Shown here: positions 6,454 to 6,788 of the stretch, in pieces
How positions within the stretch are numbered: position 1 is the stretch's first letter
How the letters are laid out: the number at the start of each line of letters is the position of its first letter
IMG/VR virus record: IMGVR_UViG_2724679544_000004
From: a virus
Lineage: Duplodnaviria > Heunggongvirae > Uroviricota > Caudoviricetes
Length of the DNA stretch: 6,788 bases
Direction: 5' to 3' (one strand)
Translations under genes and position numbers: made by a program
Notes under the pieces: model-generated
Database searches by the model: none
Seen by the model: only the letters and a program-made list of their open reading frames with translations
What the model was told of the DNA's origin: nothing

Positions 6454-6508
6454 CTCTTGTAATTACAAATGTCATTACAAGTATCGCACTACAACATGCT
6501 TAGGGCAA
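6454..6508 (-). promoter_or_regulatory. relBE promoter (-35 TTGCCC, 17-bp spacer, -10 GATACT) with palindromic relO operator
   Basis: Minus-strand TTGCCCTAAGCATGTTGTAGTGCGATACTTGTAATGACATTTGTAATTACAAGAGGTGTAAGACATG; the operator contains the perfect palindrome TTGTAATTACAA (6457-6468) and its variant TTGTAATGACAT. Confidence 0.7.
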
Positions 6509-6727
6509 GTCACGAAGGAAGTCAGAAAGTAGTCGTAAGAACGGTGATCACTGTCCGCTTTGTGCCAGGAGCAGCCATTGCTAAGTCCATCCTGTATTGT
6601 GCAGGTCAGCTCTTTTTTAAAGAGTCCGGCCATCATCTTACTGGTACAGACACCATATACTTTGTGACGGTCAGGCTACATATGCACAACTCAACTTATT
6701 CATCTATTTTTTGCTTTAGCATGTCAG

Positions 6728-6788
6728 TGAGGTGTACTGGCAATAGCGGACACTACCATTTGTTCTTTTTTTAAGCAGCCATCTGATG
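6728..6788 (-). mobile_element. Second, inverted copy of the same 61-bp putative IS3-family terminus (element body lying right of the window)
   Basis: Exact reverse complement of positions 1-61; identity ends at 6727/6728. Confidence 0.5.

Noticed and set aside
5713-6462. Plus-strand ORFs 5713..5934, 5835..6029 and 6082..6462
   Set aside because: Antisense to hokD, relE and relB, whose identities are near-certain.
6469-6774. 101-aa plus-strand ORF running from the relBE promoter into the terminal repeat
   Set aside because: It crosses the relO operator and promoter, continues into the IS-like repeat in a frame unrelated to it, and has a Cys/Phe-rich low-complexity product; a 56-codon minus-strand frame here also reads through the promoter.
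1-6788. Window as a circular element or terminal direct repeat
   Set aside because: The ends are inverted, not direct, so they do not indicate a circular permutation or a circular plasmid/phage junction.

Overview
This window reads as a contiguous fragment of a defective lambdoid (Qin / phage-21-like) prophage of an E. coli/Shigella-type genome, with nearly all genes on the minus strand. In minus-strand order: relB-relE-hokD toxin-antitoxin cluster, nin-region genes (small ORFs, a YdfU-like DUF968 protein, RusA resolvase), Q antiterminator, a pR'-like late promoter with tR' terminator, two phage tRNAs (CAU and Arg-UCU), about 1.9 kb of cargo ('moron') DNA, and an S21-type pinholin. The window is bracketed by a perfect 61-bp inverted repeat that resembles an IS3-family terminus, and the left copy replaces the pinholin C-terminal tail. 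The most interesting unexplained content is the cargo region between the tRNAs and the holin: two uncharacterised ORFs rich in exactly the rare codons the adjacent tRNAs decode, one of them in an AT-rich island on the opposite strand. No CRISPR array, rRNA or stx genes were seen. All homology calls are from memory of protein families, not from searches.
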